Shown: piece by piece, positions 1 to 13,355 of the stretch
Layout: every line of letters starts with the position of its first letter
How positions within the stretch are numbered: position 1 is the stretch's first letter
Assembly: GCA_048013815.1 (NCBI GenBank)
Contig: CM106585.1
Location: 8,680,001 to 8,744,000, forward strand
DNA: 64,000 bases
Direction: 5' to 3'
From: Setoptus koraiensis
Lineage: Eukaryota > Animalia > Arthropoda
Made by a program: the position numbers and the translations under genes
Notes under the pieces: generated by a model
What the model saw: the letters and a program-made list of their open reading frames with translations, nothing else
Database searches by the model: none
Told to the model about the DNA's origin: nothing

Positions 1-443
1 AAGCAGTTGATATTTCCATCACTGCCACATGTGATCACAGTTTTTGTGGGCGAACAAAATAGCATATCGTTACAGTGATATCCTGGATGTAAATTGGAAG
101 TTTTTGAGATGGGACTGAGAGTATTGTCAATGCCGTGATCTAAATATTCATACAACATAACAGTGCCGTTGGCCAAAGAGATGAAAGCGACCTTGCCCAC
201 CAGAAGTGCCTGGGTGACATCAGTGTCGACATTGATGCTGGCCGCCTCAATCATGGGCAACTGTTCGAATGTTTCCGAAGGTGAACTGAGAAATTTCCAA
301 ACGGTAGCATTGTTTTTATTGCCATGATTACAGCTTCCGGATATGAGCAATGAGCCTTGAGTCTCTGATGTGAATCTAGCGATGTCCTTGGCAGTAGTTT
401 GCCACGATACCCTTGATATCATCTGATCTACGAATTCAACCAT
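1..443 (-). CDS. NUP43: Nucleoporin Nup43 (WD40), 5' portion; the gene runs off the left edge of the window
   Basis: Hand translation from the ATG at 443 gives MVEFVDQMISRVSW...ISGSCNHGNKNNATVW...VITCGSDGNINC with no stop to the window edge. This matches recalled Nup43 segments FVSQKISKTRW, ATGSWDNEENYISLW and IVTVGEDGRIN. It is absent from the ORF track because it has no stop inside the window. Confidence 0.8.
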   Translation of the reverse strand, partial: MVEFVDQMISRVSWQTTAKDIARFTSETQGSLLISGSCNHGNKNNATVWKFLSSPSETFEQLPMIEAASINVDTDVTQALLVGKVAFISLANGTVMLYEYLDHGIDNTLSPISKTSNLHPGYHCNDMLFCSPTKTVITCGSDGNINC

Positions 444-1470
444 TGTTGGTGATGCTGTTTGACGACGATGACAGCCGGTGTTATTTGAGGGCCGACACTA
501 CAGTGAGGCGAATGTCGATGATGTACGAATGTAGAGAAAAACACGCGATGTCACTCATATGGTGATCTGTTTGTTCACTTTGACCGTTTCTTGCAGCGAT
601 TTCGCCAGTGTGCAGTCGAGAAGATCTGCGAAAATTGCATTTTGCAAACACGATGTTACTCCCGCAAACAGCGTGCGCATTTGATCACATACCCAACTGT
701 ACCATCGTTCTACCAATAGTTCGATGCCGCTTCTATTGCTGCGCCCGTTTAGGCTAAATGAGCGCGACGGATAACGCGCGGCGCGGCCACGCATTCGCAT
801 GGAATTTTTTCACTGTGCGCCGTCAGTTGTGCTACCCGACTACACTTCTGCAATGTGCAAGGGTATTTTGTTCCCCCTGCTCACACCCCCACTTATCCAC
901 TCTTCGATCTTCGTTGTTCACTGGCCGTTCGTTCGGCCCATCATTTGCTCTGTCATAGTCGTCACCTATCTGTGTATAAATATTATATCTGGTGTCGTAC
1001 TAGCGATATTCGTACACTGTATGCACCTACGCCAGGTAGTATTTGTATTTTTTTTTATCTATACACACTGTTGTTATTTCTAATTGTTTCTATATCGGAT
1101 TCAAAAATCAATGGGAAAGTAATAACTAGATTGACTTATTGATATCACAACAGCAAGATTCTTTGTAAGCGCTTTGTCAGCGCTCATCTATTTACACGCA
1201 CCATCTGGATACTACGTACACACACACATCCACTGGAAACATGTCAGGATTAGGCTAGGATTATCGCATTGCTATCATCATCTTACACTGACGAATCCAT
1301 TCTAAACAAAAAGAAGTCACTCGATAATAAATATCAAACTTCTGTCCAAGTGCCTTTCGTCTCAATTAGCCTATTTATGACTAAAATTTTGGGCTCAAAT
1401 AGAGTCTATTCACCGCCACCGACCCAGTCCACGTTCTATGAGGCTTCCCACCGTTCTGTTATTATTTTAA

Positions 1471-4154
<2,684 letters not shown>

Positions 4155-4257
4155 TTTCACTTCAAAAGCTGACGAAAATTGTGTCGAACAATAAATGATT
4201 GATCTTTATAACAGAATTTTATCCATTGAGGACATCAGTTGTTGAGTGTGAACGTTC

Positions 4258-5619
4258 CTATTCTAAAGTTATGATTTCGATTTCTTTATCAATATTTGCT
4301 TTAGCCGAAATATCACTGTTATCTCGTAAGACCATTCTAGTAATTAGAATTAAAAGTTGAGTTCTCTCGACTCCCAAGGCTCTAACTAATCGTCGTCTCA
4401 TTTTTATAAGCAGTCTTCGGACAATTGGAAATTGCAACTGCACTAATCTATAGGCGATCCTAGAGCACTGTAGTGGACTTAGGTTTTTTACATGCTTGAT
4501 GACATTTATGTCTTCCTTGGTCATGCCAAGTTTTTCGAACGCTTTACTTCTGTTCTCTTTCTTTTCTAGACATGCAGCTCCTATAAATTTACTGAGCCAA
4601 TTGAGTAAACGTCTTTTGTTTGGCTCGGCTTCGACCCTAGACATTAGTTGATCGATAAGTACATCAACACTATCACTTTCAAATATCATCCTAAACAGTG
4701 TTGAGACATTTTTTCTCTTGTTGTTCTTTATCGAGTCTCTTTCTAGGAACTCTACTATCACTTGAATTGTTTCAGTTTTGTGCAGTCGCAGCATTGTCCT
4801 CAAGTTTTGTTCGCGTGAGATTCTAGATTGTTGACCACACCAAGTCACATATCTACTCATGACATGCTGATTTAGATCATTTTCTTTGTCCTTCTTATCT
4901 TTGCCTCGCTTCTGTTTCTTATCCGGGGAGTTTTTGATGTCGTTGACGATAAAATTAACTGAATTGTGACATTCGTGTGCATTGAACGTCTTTAGCTCTA
5001 GAACAGGTGACCAATAGACTCGTTCCATGTAATTCATCGACTTTTCGACAAGAACATATAAGATGCTAGAGCATGGTCCCTCGGTTGATTCGTGGCAGAT
5101 CATGTTTCTATAATGAGAAAGCCAAACCGGCAATTGTGCTATTTTGGATATGTCACGCAAAGTCCACTTCTTACTTCTATTGTAAACAACGGAATCCCCC
5201 AATACGTTACTGAAGTACACCAAAGCCAAACTGCAGACCTGATGGAGCTCGACTCCGTCACATTGACCCAGAATGTATTCAATTAGTTTTATTTTTGCTG
5301 AAATCATGGCGATGGTGGTGTCCAATTCCTTTATACTCTTTCTGACATTCCAGGCAATAATTTTATCTCTGGCCCAGTGTAATGATTTTGATAATTTTTT
5401 TAGGAGTTCATTGTTATAATTTGTGTCGTTACCACTATTGGTCAATTCAACCAATTCCGACAATGGATCGCCGCTGATCTTGTTTCTGAATCTCTCATTG
5501 AGACCAAAATTTGCTTGTAAATCGAACAAGACATCGTAAACTGATTGTAATTCTAGTACGTTTTCGACCACTGGCATAGACACATCTGGACGCTTGTGGA
5601 TTTTGTCCCGTCTGCTCAT
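4258..5619 (-). CDS. LAS1L: Las1-like HEPN endoribonuclease (pre-rRNA ITS2 processing), copy a, intronless
   Basis: ORF track 4258..5751; the likely ATG is at 5619. Las1-type region SLALVYFSNVLGD...LPVWLSHYRNMICH (HEPN R-x4-H)...YWSP. Confidence 0.75.
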   Translation of the reverse strand: MSRRDKIHKRPDVSMPVVENVLELQSVYDVLFDLQANFGLNERFRNKISGDPLSELVELTNSGNDTNYNNELLKKLSKSLHWARDKIIAWNVRKSIKELDTTIAMISAKIKLIEYILGQCDGVELHQVCSLALVYFSNVLGDSVVYNRSKKWTLRDISKIAQLPVWLSHYRNMICHESTEGPCSSILYVLVEKSMNYMERVYWSPVLELKTFNAHECHNSVNFIVNDIKNSPDKKQKRGKDKKDKENDLNQHVMSRYVTWCGQQSRISREQNLRTMLRLHKTETIQVIVEFLERDSIKNNKRKNVSTLFRMIFESDSVDVLIDQLMSRVEAEPNKRRLLNWLSKFIGAACLEKKENRSKAFEKLGMTKEDINVIKHVKNLSPLQCSRIAYRLVQLQFPIVRRLLIKMRRRLVRALGVERTQLLILITRMVLRDNSDISAKANIDKEIEIITLE

Positions 5620-8600
5620 GGTGATTAATGATTGAATGTGACTAATGATACTAATGAAGAACCCCAGTTCAGCTGAATCAAACAAATGAAAGGACCGGAT
5701 GATTAGTTTAGAAATGGTGTGGACACAACGTGCTTTCAATCGACCCTTCATTTACTTGACGAATCAACACTTGAGGGCGCTCTCATCGCGTTTCCAATCT
5801 CTATCGAGTGAAACAGTAAACTAGAGACAATTTTAGTTATAGATTTAGCCTGTTGGCGTTCTGTTCTTCGCGCAAGCACCGTTGTTGAAATACAAAATCA
5901 TCCAATGCGTGTTGCTTGCAACTATTTTCTCACACAGTCACTGGTCGCACACAAACAATGCTGGCACACAGGCAAAAGTTGCCGTTCATTGATAGGTGCT
6001 AAAAGTTTGGTAGATATACCAAAGCATCCATCGGGAGGCCGCGCTCCCACCCAATCTGGTAGTTTTGTTATGTTTGGTTACATAATAACATTGCTGCAAC
6101 AGCATGATAAGAGTGAGCTCAGATTTCTGATTTGAGTGGGCTATCAATGCTTCACTGATTCCGTGGGATATCTTTGGTGGTTATCAACGCGCTGTTGTTG
6201 CGCCCATAGCTACTTCCTATAACTTGAATTATTCTTCATATTTGATGATACTCTTGGTCGATTTCGATCTTTCAATTATTCACCAATCACATGCTTCGTG
6301 AGTCCATTGTGAACTAATTGCACCAGGATGCAAATTTTCATTAATTTAAAGAATTTGCAATTTATTTTGGTGGTATTTGCTACAATTATAGTGACAAGTT
6401 TAGTGCAGCCATATCATGGAGAGTCACAATTGCTAAGACAACATAGTAAATACAACAATAGTTCGCTCAATCCATACAACAAAATACAGTTCAAAGGGTC
6501 ATCAAATTCAAACCTCTCATTGAATGCAGCAAGTCGTAAATCAGATAAACTCAAAAAATCCAATGCCACTAGAAAGAGGGGCACCAGCAACGATCAACAT
6601 CTCTCGTGCAACTCCACATTGATTCCACTGACAAAGAGTCAGGCTAAACTGTGTCACTTGTACAAAGATCACATGCCATTCGTTGATCAGGGCGCGAAAA
6701 TTACCATAGAAGAGTGCCAATATCAACTTAGAAAAAATCGTTGGAACTGTTCGACAATTCGCGATGTCCAACCAGTCTTTGGTCCAATAGTCCAAACAGG
6801 TCAGTCAAGATTTATCTCTATCCATGACAGTTTTAAAGAAATACAATCTTATGATCATATCGATAAATCTCTGTCTAAATTCATCCGCAATCACAGGTGT
6901 CAAGGAGACGGCTTTCCTGAGTGCGCTATCTTCCGCGTCCATAGTTTACACAGTAGCGAGAGCATGTCGAGAAGGTCAATTAACCAATTGCGGTTGTAAG
7001 TATGATGAAGTTCTGTGTGTATCGTGTCATGCAACACATTGTCGAGCCCCTAAGATTCATTCTGAACATTTTCTTTAATATACAACTTACAGGTAGTACA
7101 TCCAAAAAACCTCAGAACATAAAAACAAATTGGAATTGGGGGGGATGTGGAGACAATATCGAGTATGCGTATAGATTTTCCGAGATTTTCGCAGACTCTA
7201 AAGAGAGCGACACACTTGGGCCGCAAAAACTGCCTAAGTTTGGAAACAAATCAGATGTACAAATAGCGAAAGGTAAAAGACTGTGAATTGTTATCGGAGT
7301 TCAGTTCTTCTATAGATTCAAACGAAAGACAATGAAACTAACACACTTACTTGCACTCTGTTCTAGCTAAACTCGATCGCAAAAGATTGATGAACATACA
7401 CAATAATCAAGCAGGTAGAAGGGTATGTAGTTCAATCAAAACTGATTAGATCAAAAAGTGCAGTCAATACAATTACAGTCTTACTAATAACACCTTATCA
7501 ACAACAGGCAGTCTTGAAGAAGACGAAAATTGTTTGCAAATGCCATGGAGTTTCTGACAGTTGCTCGATGGTCACATGCTGGCAGCAACTACCTAGCTTT
7601 CGTGACATTGGCGATCTAATAAAAACACGTTACGACATTGCAACAGAGGTGAAATTTAGTCAACAGGATGGAAAGATACAGATCAGAAATAAAAGACAGA
7701 ATGATGTAGGAAAGCCCACTGTCGACGACCTCATCTACATAGAACAATCTCCAGATTTTTGCAACAAAATTGACAAACTAAAACATCCTGGCACCTCAGG
7801 TCGATTTTGTAATTCTAGCGAGCCTGTGCTAGCAGTTCAAAGAATCAGTCCAATGCAGCGTATGGCCGAGGGCAGTTGCAGCCGGATGTGCTGTTCTAGG
7901 GGATTCAAAACTGTTCGAGTTATTCGAACTTTCAAGTGTAACTGCAAATTTAAGTATTGCTGCAAGACCGAGTGTCAGAGTTGCTACAAGGTTGAAATGC
8001 GCTCTGTTTGTAACTGATTTTAGTCAAAGATTGCAAGATGTCAAGATTTTTATAGTCCCAACAATAGTACTTTCAGTGTATTTGACTCAATTGTCATTCT
8101 AGTCATCTGAATTAAAAGTTGAGTTCTCTCGACTCCCAAGGCTCTAACTAATCGTCGTCTCATTTTCATAAGCAGTCTTCGGACAATTGGAAATTGCAAC
8201 TGCACTAATCTATAGGCGATCCTAGAGCACTGTAGTGGACTTAGGTTTTTTACACGCTTGATGACATTTATGTCGTTCTTGGTCATGCCAAGTTTTTCGA
8301 ACGCTTTACTTCTGTTCTCTTTCTTTTCTAGACATGCAGCTCCTATAAATTTACTGAGCCAATTGAGTAAACGTCTTTTGTTTTGCTTGGCTTCGACCCT
8401 AGACATTAGTTGATCGATAAGTACATCAACACTATCACTTTCAAATATCATCCTAAACAGTGTTGAGACATTTTTTCTCTTGTTGTTCTTTATCGAGTCT
8501 CTTTCTAGGAACTCTACTATCACTTGAATTGTTTCAGTTTTGTGCAGTCGCAGCATTGTCCTCAAGTTTTGTTCGCGTGAGATTCTAGATTGTTGACCAC

Positions 8601-9149
8601 ACCAAGTCACATATCTACTCATGACATGCTGATTTAGATCATTTTCTTTGTCCTTCTTATCTTTGCCTCGCTTCTGTTTCTTATCCGAGGAGCTTTTGAT
8701 GTCGTTGACGATAAAATTAACTGAATTGTGACATTCGTGTGCATTGAACGTCTTTAGCTCTAGAACAGGTGACCAATAGACTCGTTCCATGTAATTCATC
8801 GACTTTTCGACAAGAACATATAAGATGCTAGAGCATGGTCCCTCGGTTGATTCGTGGCAGATCATGTTTCTATAATGAGAAAGCCAAACCGGCAATTGTG
8901 CTATTTTGGATATGTCACGCAAAGTCCACTTCTTACTTCTATTGTAAACAACGGAATCCCCCAATACGTTACTGAAGTACACCAAAGCCAAACTGCAGAC
9001 CTGATGGAGCTCGACTCCGTCACATTGACCCAGAATGTATTCAATTAGTTTTATTTTTGCTGAAATCATGGCGATGGTGGTGTCCAATTCCTTTATACTC
9101 TTTCTGACATTCCAGGCAATAATTTTATCTCTAGCCCAGTGTAATGATT
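4347..9149. repeat. Direct repeat pair 4347-5387 and 8109-9149 (1041 bp, offset 3762 bp) bracketing Wnt5
   Basis: Base-by-base comparison found 9 substitutions and no indels. Confidence 0.95.
6328..8017 (+). CDS. Wnt5: Wnt ligand, Wnt5-like. Exons 6328-6799, 6897-6995, 7093-7272, 7367-7422, 7508-8017
   Basis: Hydrophobic signal peptide; [73 protein letters not shown] and a C-terminal Cys cluster. GT-AG junctions keep the frame. ACREG and WGGCGDN are Wnt5-type. Confidence 0.9.
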
Positions 9150-9261
9150 GTGACAATTCCTCATTAACCAGCAAATTTTCTTGTTGATTGAAAAGGACGT
9201 CGTAAACTGACTTCAATTCCAATATGTTTTCGACCATGGGCATGGACACGTGTCTGACCAT
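8050..9261 (-). CDS. LAS1L: Las1-like HEPN endoribonuclease, copy b, intronless, with shorter N- and C-termini
   Basis: ORF 403 aa whose core is nearly identical to copy a, including YRNMICH. Confidence 0.75.
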   Translation of the reverse strand: MVRHVSMPMVENILELKSVYDVLFNQQENLLVNEELSQSLHWARDKIIAWNVRKSIKELDTTIAMISAKIKLIEYILGQCDGVELHQVCSLALVYFSNVLGDSVVYNRSKKWTLRDISKIAQLPVWLSHYRNMICHESTEGPCSSILYVLVEKSMNYMERVYWSPVLELKTFNAHECHNSVNFIVNDIKSSSDKKQKRGKDKKDKENDLNQHVMSRYVTWCGQQSRISREQNLRTMLRLHKTETIQVIVEFLERDSIKNNKRKNVSTLFRMIFESDSVDVLIDQLMSRVEAKQNKRRLLNWLSKFIGAACLEKKENRSKAFEKLGMTKNDINVIKRVKNLSPLQCSRIAYRLVQLQFPIVRRLLMKMRRRLVRALGVERTQLLIQMTRMTIESNTLKVLLLGL

Positions 9262-9421
9262 GGTAGTTCGAGTAGAATTTGCCGTATGTATAATATATCC
9301 TTAAATTCTAATATAACTGATTGGAGTAATGCCTTCTCCCGAGGCACACCGCCTGTAATGAACGATTGATGTATTAAATCTAATATATCTAATCCAGATT
9401 GTAGTTATGGTAACTATCGAT

Positions 9422-9512
9422 ATGTGCGAGCTAAACGAAAAAGTTTGCAAGAACCACTATCGTGTGGGTCGTGTTATCAGCAACTCTATATGCGCATCGT
9501 GCATCAACAAAT
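9422..9512 (+). promoter_or_regulatory. Copy A of a ~90-bp dispersed promoter element (between divergent LAS1L-b and eIF4E2), abutting a DRE-like TATCGATA at 9415-9422
   Basis: Aligns by eye to 13660-13747 and to the reverse complement of 17765-17856. Regulatory function is inferred from position. Confidence 0.6.
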
Positions 9513-9838
9513 GGCATTTGTCAAATTCAGCCGCTCTCATATGTTTAGCGAAAGGGAATGACAAAATTTATCCCCCTCTGTGCGCAGATTCTTCTTTTCT
9601 GAGGCCGAACATCTGATGTTCTGTTCGTTTCAAATTCGCGCTCTGTTCTGCGCACGGGATCGCACCCTGCCGCTACCCCCTGTACCGAACATTATTGCCT
9701 CGATTGTTTATTTTTGTTATTGAATGTGATGAATGAGATGAAATTTATTAATAAAACAATTCAAAATAATAAGACGATAAAATTTGATAATAAAATTTCC
9801 CATTGTACAACTAATATACATACAAATCGACGATAATT

Positions 9839-10662
9839 ATGAGCAACTCTAGACAGGAGAATAGACTCCAGCATTCTTACAGCTTTTGGCACTCTTCGAG
9901 GGCAGGAAAACCGTCAAGTTCTCAACCATACGACCAACAATTACAACAAATAGTTGCATTTGACACCGTTGAAGGCTTCTGGCGAGCCTACTCTCATATG
10001 AGTAAGTTGCAATTATCTACATGATAATATAATGTTAAAACCTACTCTAAGTACGTACTACAATAACGTAAATTTCTGTATATTTCTAGTTCGACCATCA
10101 GACCTTCAAGGACATTACGACATTCATTTATTCAAGACTGGTATCAAACCTATGTGGGAGGTAAGCCAAACATTGTATTATATGCTAGTTATATTTCTAG
10201 AACAAGAAACTAAATCTCATTTGTCTTTTCTAGGATGAGGCCAATTGTAGGGGAGGTAAATGGATAGTTAGACTAAGAAAAGGCCTCGCCTCAAGATGCT
10301 GGGAAAATCTCATTTTGGCCATACTCGGTGAACAATTCATGGTAAACGATGAAATTTGCGGAGCAGTTGTTTCTGTAAGATACCAAGAGGATATTATTTC
10401 GATATGGAACCGAACAGCCAGTGATGAAAGTACCACGACACGTATACGTGATACATTGAAAAGAGTTCTGAACTTACCACCAAACATAATTCTAGACTAT
10501 AAGGTAATATCATTCTAAGAACAACAATATGCCACATAGTTTTTTTTCAACAATTTCTAATATCACCTTTATTCGCTCTCATAATAGGTTCACGCGGACT
10601 CTCTAAGGTATCAAACTTTTATACAACCTTATAGAAGTAGCGAGGTTTTTGTACGATCCTGA
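9839..10662 (+). CDS. EIF4E2: Cap-binding protein eIF4E2 (4EHP). Exons 9839-10001, 10090-10160, 10234-10503, 10588-10662
   Basis: LQHSYSFW, QPYDQQL (Tyr at the W56 position, as in class II eIF4E), FDTVEGFWRAYSHM, LFKTGIKPMWED, GGKWIVRLRKGLASRCWENLILAILGEQF, ICGAVVSVRYQEDIISIWN. Confidence 0.93.
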
Positions 10663-10679
10663 AAAATAAATCTCGTGCC

Positions 10680-11951
10680 TCAATTCCAAGACAAGTGCTT
10701 GCGTCGTCTTTTGATGGGTAGTTTTTCGGGTAAATAATTATCCATTTCTTGGAATCTCCGAGGTCTTTTCTCAAATATTATGTTATCCAGATCGACATCG
10801 GCAAAGTTGGATGCACCTGGCACCCTGTCAGTTTGATCCACCAAAGGGGATCCTTGCTCAGGCGTGAGGAATATATCTTTGAATGGAACATGCCGCCTCA
10901 CTGAATTCCCACCGTGGTTGTACTCTACGTCGAACATCAAACTTCCTTGATTCTGAGAATGTTGGCCATAAACTATAGCGTTGACGCATAAATTTTTAGA
11001 TATGGCAACACGTACGTTCTTTTTGTTAACATTCATCACTGGAATCAAATCAATAACAGTTGATGCCTTCGTGCCGCCGTCACAAAAATTGACTATGTAT
11101 TTTTTATCTCCAGTGGGTTTCTGAACAGTGCCAGGGTAAAAGTGTAAATCAGTCCATTTAGCGAACACCTTTGCGTTATTCGTCCGAGTAATTTGACTTT
11201 CCAGTAATAAAGAATCAGAAGAAACTGTGCTCAATCTTTCGGGAGGAGCAAGAGTCAAACAAGACTTTTCTTCTATGCTTCCAATACTAGACGGACCCGT
11301 ATCAGATATCTCTTGTATTGCCATGGTGTTTTCATCCAACATATCAGGTAACTTTTTAGCACCAAGGGAATCATTGGGTGGCGACTGGGGTTGTTGGTCT
11401 GTCAGAGATGGTGAAGTCTCTCCCATCATATCAGGTGACTTTCTAGCATCAAGGGAATCACTGGGTGGCGATTGGGGCTGTTGGTCTGTTAAAGGTGGTG
11501 GAGTCTCTCCCATCATATCAGGTGACTTTATAGCATCAAGGGAATCATTGGGTGGCGATTGGGGTTGTTGGTCTGTTAAAGGTGGTAAAGTCTCTTCCTT
11601 CTGACTAGAGAGATCAGGACATGGAACCGATTCAGTAGGCATTAAATCGTCTTGTGCTACTACAGTACTTTTGATAACTTCAATAGTAGGAATAGTTGAA
11701 CTGTTAGTGGTCTCCGCGATCTTTTCATGTTTGAGGGTAGTGGAAGATTTTTCATAGCCGGCCAGCTGAGTTTCGCTCAAGGCTATCTTACTGACTATAC
11801 GGCTAATTTCCTCGCTTTCAAGGGGTGTCCGGTCCAAAATTTTACCTCTAAAAAAAATTTGCTCTTCTACTATGAATTTTACAACTAGACGAACTTCGGC
11901 TTGCTCGCAACTCGAATCATTTTCGGTTTCTGAAACTTCTGTAATTACCAT
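10680..11951 (-). CDS. TP53BP1: 53BP1-like protein: oligomerisation domain, tandem Tudor, UDR and NLS, with no BRCT; a 5' exon is possible
   Basis: VRLVVKFIVEEQIFFRGKILDR (resembles the oligomerisation domain), VFAKWTDLHFYPGTV...KYIVNFCDG (Tudor) and ADVDLDNIIFEKRPRR (compare human UDR ADISLDNLVEGKRKRR). Confidence 0.8.
   Translation of the reverse strand: MVITEVSETENDSSCEQAEVRLVVKFIVEEQIFFRGKILDRTPLESEEISRIVSKIALSETQLAGYEKSSTTLKHEKIAETTNSSTIPTIEVIKSTVVAQDDLMPTESVPCPDLSSQKEETLPPLTDQQPQSPPNDSLDAIKSPDMMGETPPPLTDQQPQSPPSDSLDARKSPDMMGETSPSLTDQQPQSPPNDSLGAKKLPDMLDENTMAIQEISDTGPSSIGSIEEKSCLTLAPPERLSTVSSDSLLLESQITRTNNAKVFAKWTDLHFYPGTVQKPTGDKKYIVNFCDGGTKASTVIDLIPVMNVNKKNVRVAISKNLCVNAIVYGQHSQNQGSLMFDVEYNHGGNSVRRHVPFKDIFLTPEQGSPLVDQTDRVPGASNFADVDLDNIIFEKRPRRFQEMDNYLPEKLPIKRRRKHLSWN
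11341..11598. repeat. Three tandem 87-bp coding repeats (29 aa, PPLTDQQPQSPPxDSLxAxKSPDMMGET) in the 53BP1-like gene
   Basis: Units start at 11341, 11428 and 11515 (atatcagg...). Confidence 0.95.
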
Positions 11952-12759
11952 TGCTGCTGCATTGAAGCAATAAGTATATCTACAAATATATATATTTTTT
12001 TCTGTGTCTTAGTTATTATTGCTCAAATGGAGCACAGTCGATGAGTGGTCTGGAAAATGTATCCCTAATAAGTGTTTGTGCGCAAATGATTTCTTTTAAA
12101 TGGTAGTTGTACCTTGGAGACGAAAGATGTTGCTTTTATATGTTGCTGATACTTGATGTCATTGATTACATTGCCAACAAATTGAGTCATTCGATGGAGG
12201 ATAAGAAGAATGTTAGTCTCAAATAAGTGATATTTACTATCAAGTAGCAACATAGTAGTTCGCGTAGTATTTGCTGTATTTATATTTTAAATATTATTTA
12301 CCAAAAATAATTGTAGCGAACCGGCTAGTCAATATTTATCTCTAGCTTGAAAATGTAATATGGTGGTAACTTGTTAGCTGCTGCAATCTACTGCTATCAT
12401 TGGTCTATTGGTGGGTGTAAGATAGAGGTATACAGTAATGCGAAACGCATAAACACATCCTAACAATTACACTATGATAATAGTATTGATATTGATAATA
12501 ATAGCAGTAATAATAGTGGTAATAGTAGTCGTTGCAGTAATAGTGGTGATGGTGTCGATGGTGGTGGTGGCGGTGGTGATGATAATATATAAACAACAAT
12601 ATCAATAGCAGCAATTTAATATAAATGATTAAAGTAATGTCTCCTCTTGTGGCATGCCGTGTGTAATTGACGATTAATGCATTAAATCTGAGTTGCTCCT
12701 TTTTAGATTGGCGTCCCACTCTGTAGTAATGCTAGTTATTAATATGTGTGAGTGAATGT

Positions 12760-13355
12760 GTGTGTATGTGTATATATATTATATATATATATATACATAC
12801 ATGCACACATGCATGTATATATAAATATATATCTATAGTGTTTGAGTATGCTTGATTTTGATAATATATCTAGATGGATATATCAGTGCATCTGTGTATC
12901 GGTCTAGATTGCTATTGCCGCGATGGAAAATAGTAATGTGTTGTTGTTGTTGATATCCCTCAGACTGGATGTTGCCGCCGCGTTTGGTGCTGCTACTGAT
13001 GGCAGTATTACTCAATCTCTATATCGCCAACTATATAGAATATGGTTGCTAAATTCCTGTTGGCATTTAATATAGTCGTGGTGGCATAGTGAGTGGCGAA
13101 TATTATGGCATAATAATGATGGCCTGTACATGTATATTGATGGTATGTGTAGTAATATGTAACGCTACTTGATAGATATGTACTAATATTATATAAATAT
13201 ATATATATATGTGAGATATATGTGCCTTTTGGCCTATTATTATCGTTTGCTTGCCTACAGCTCGTATGCAGACTTTACATTGTGGAGCCCTCTCACTCAC
13301 TCTCTCTCTCTCTCTCTCTCTCCCCTCTCCCTCTATCTCCTCTCACTCTCTTTCT
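12760..13355. repeat. (TA)n, (TG)n and (CT)n microsatellite tracts
   Basis: TA runs near 12772-12795 and 13195-13210; CT run at about 13295-13355. Confidence 0.85.

Noticed and set aside
12405-12719. His/Tyr-rich 104-aa ORF
   Set aside because: Non-ATG start and trinucleotide low complexity; no homology recognised.
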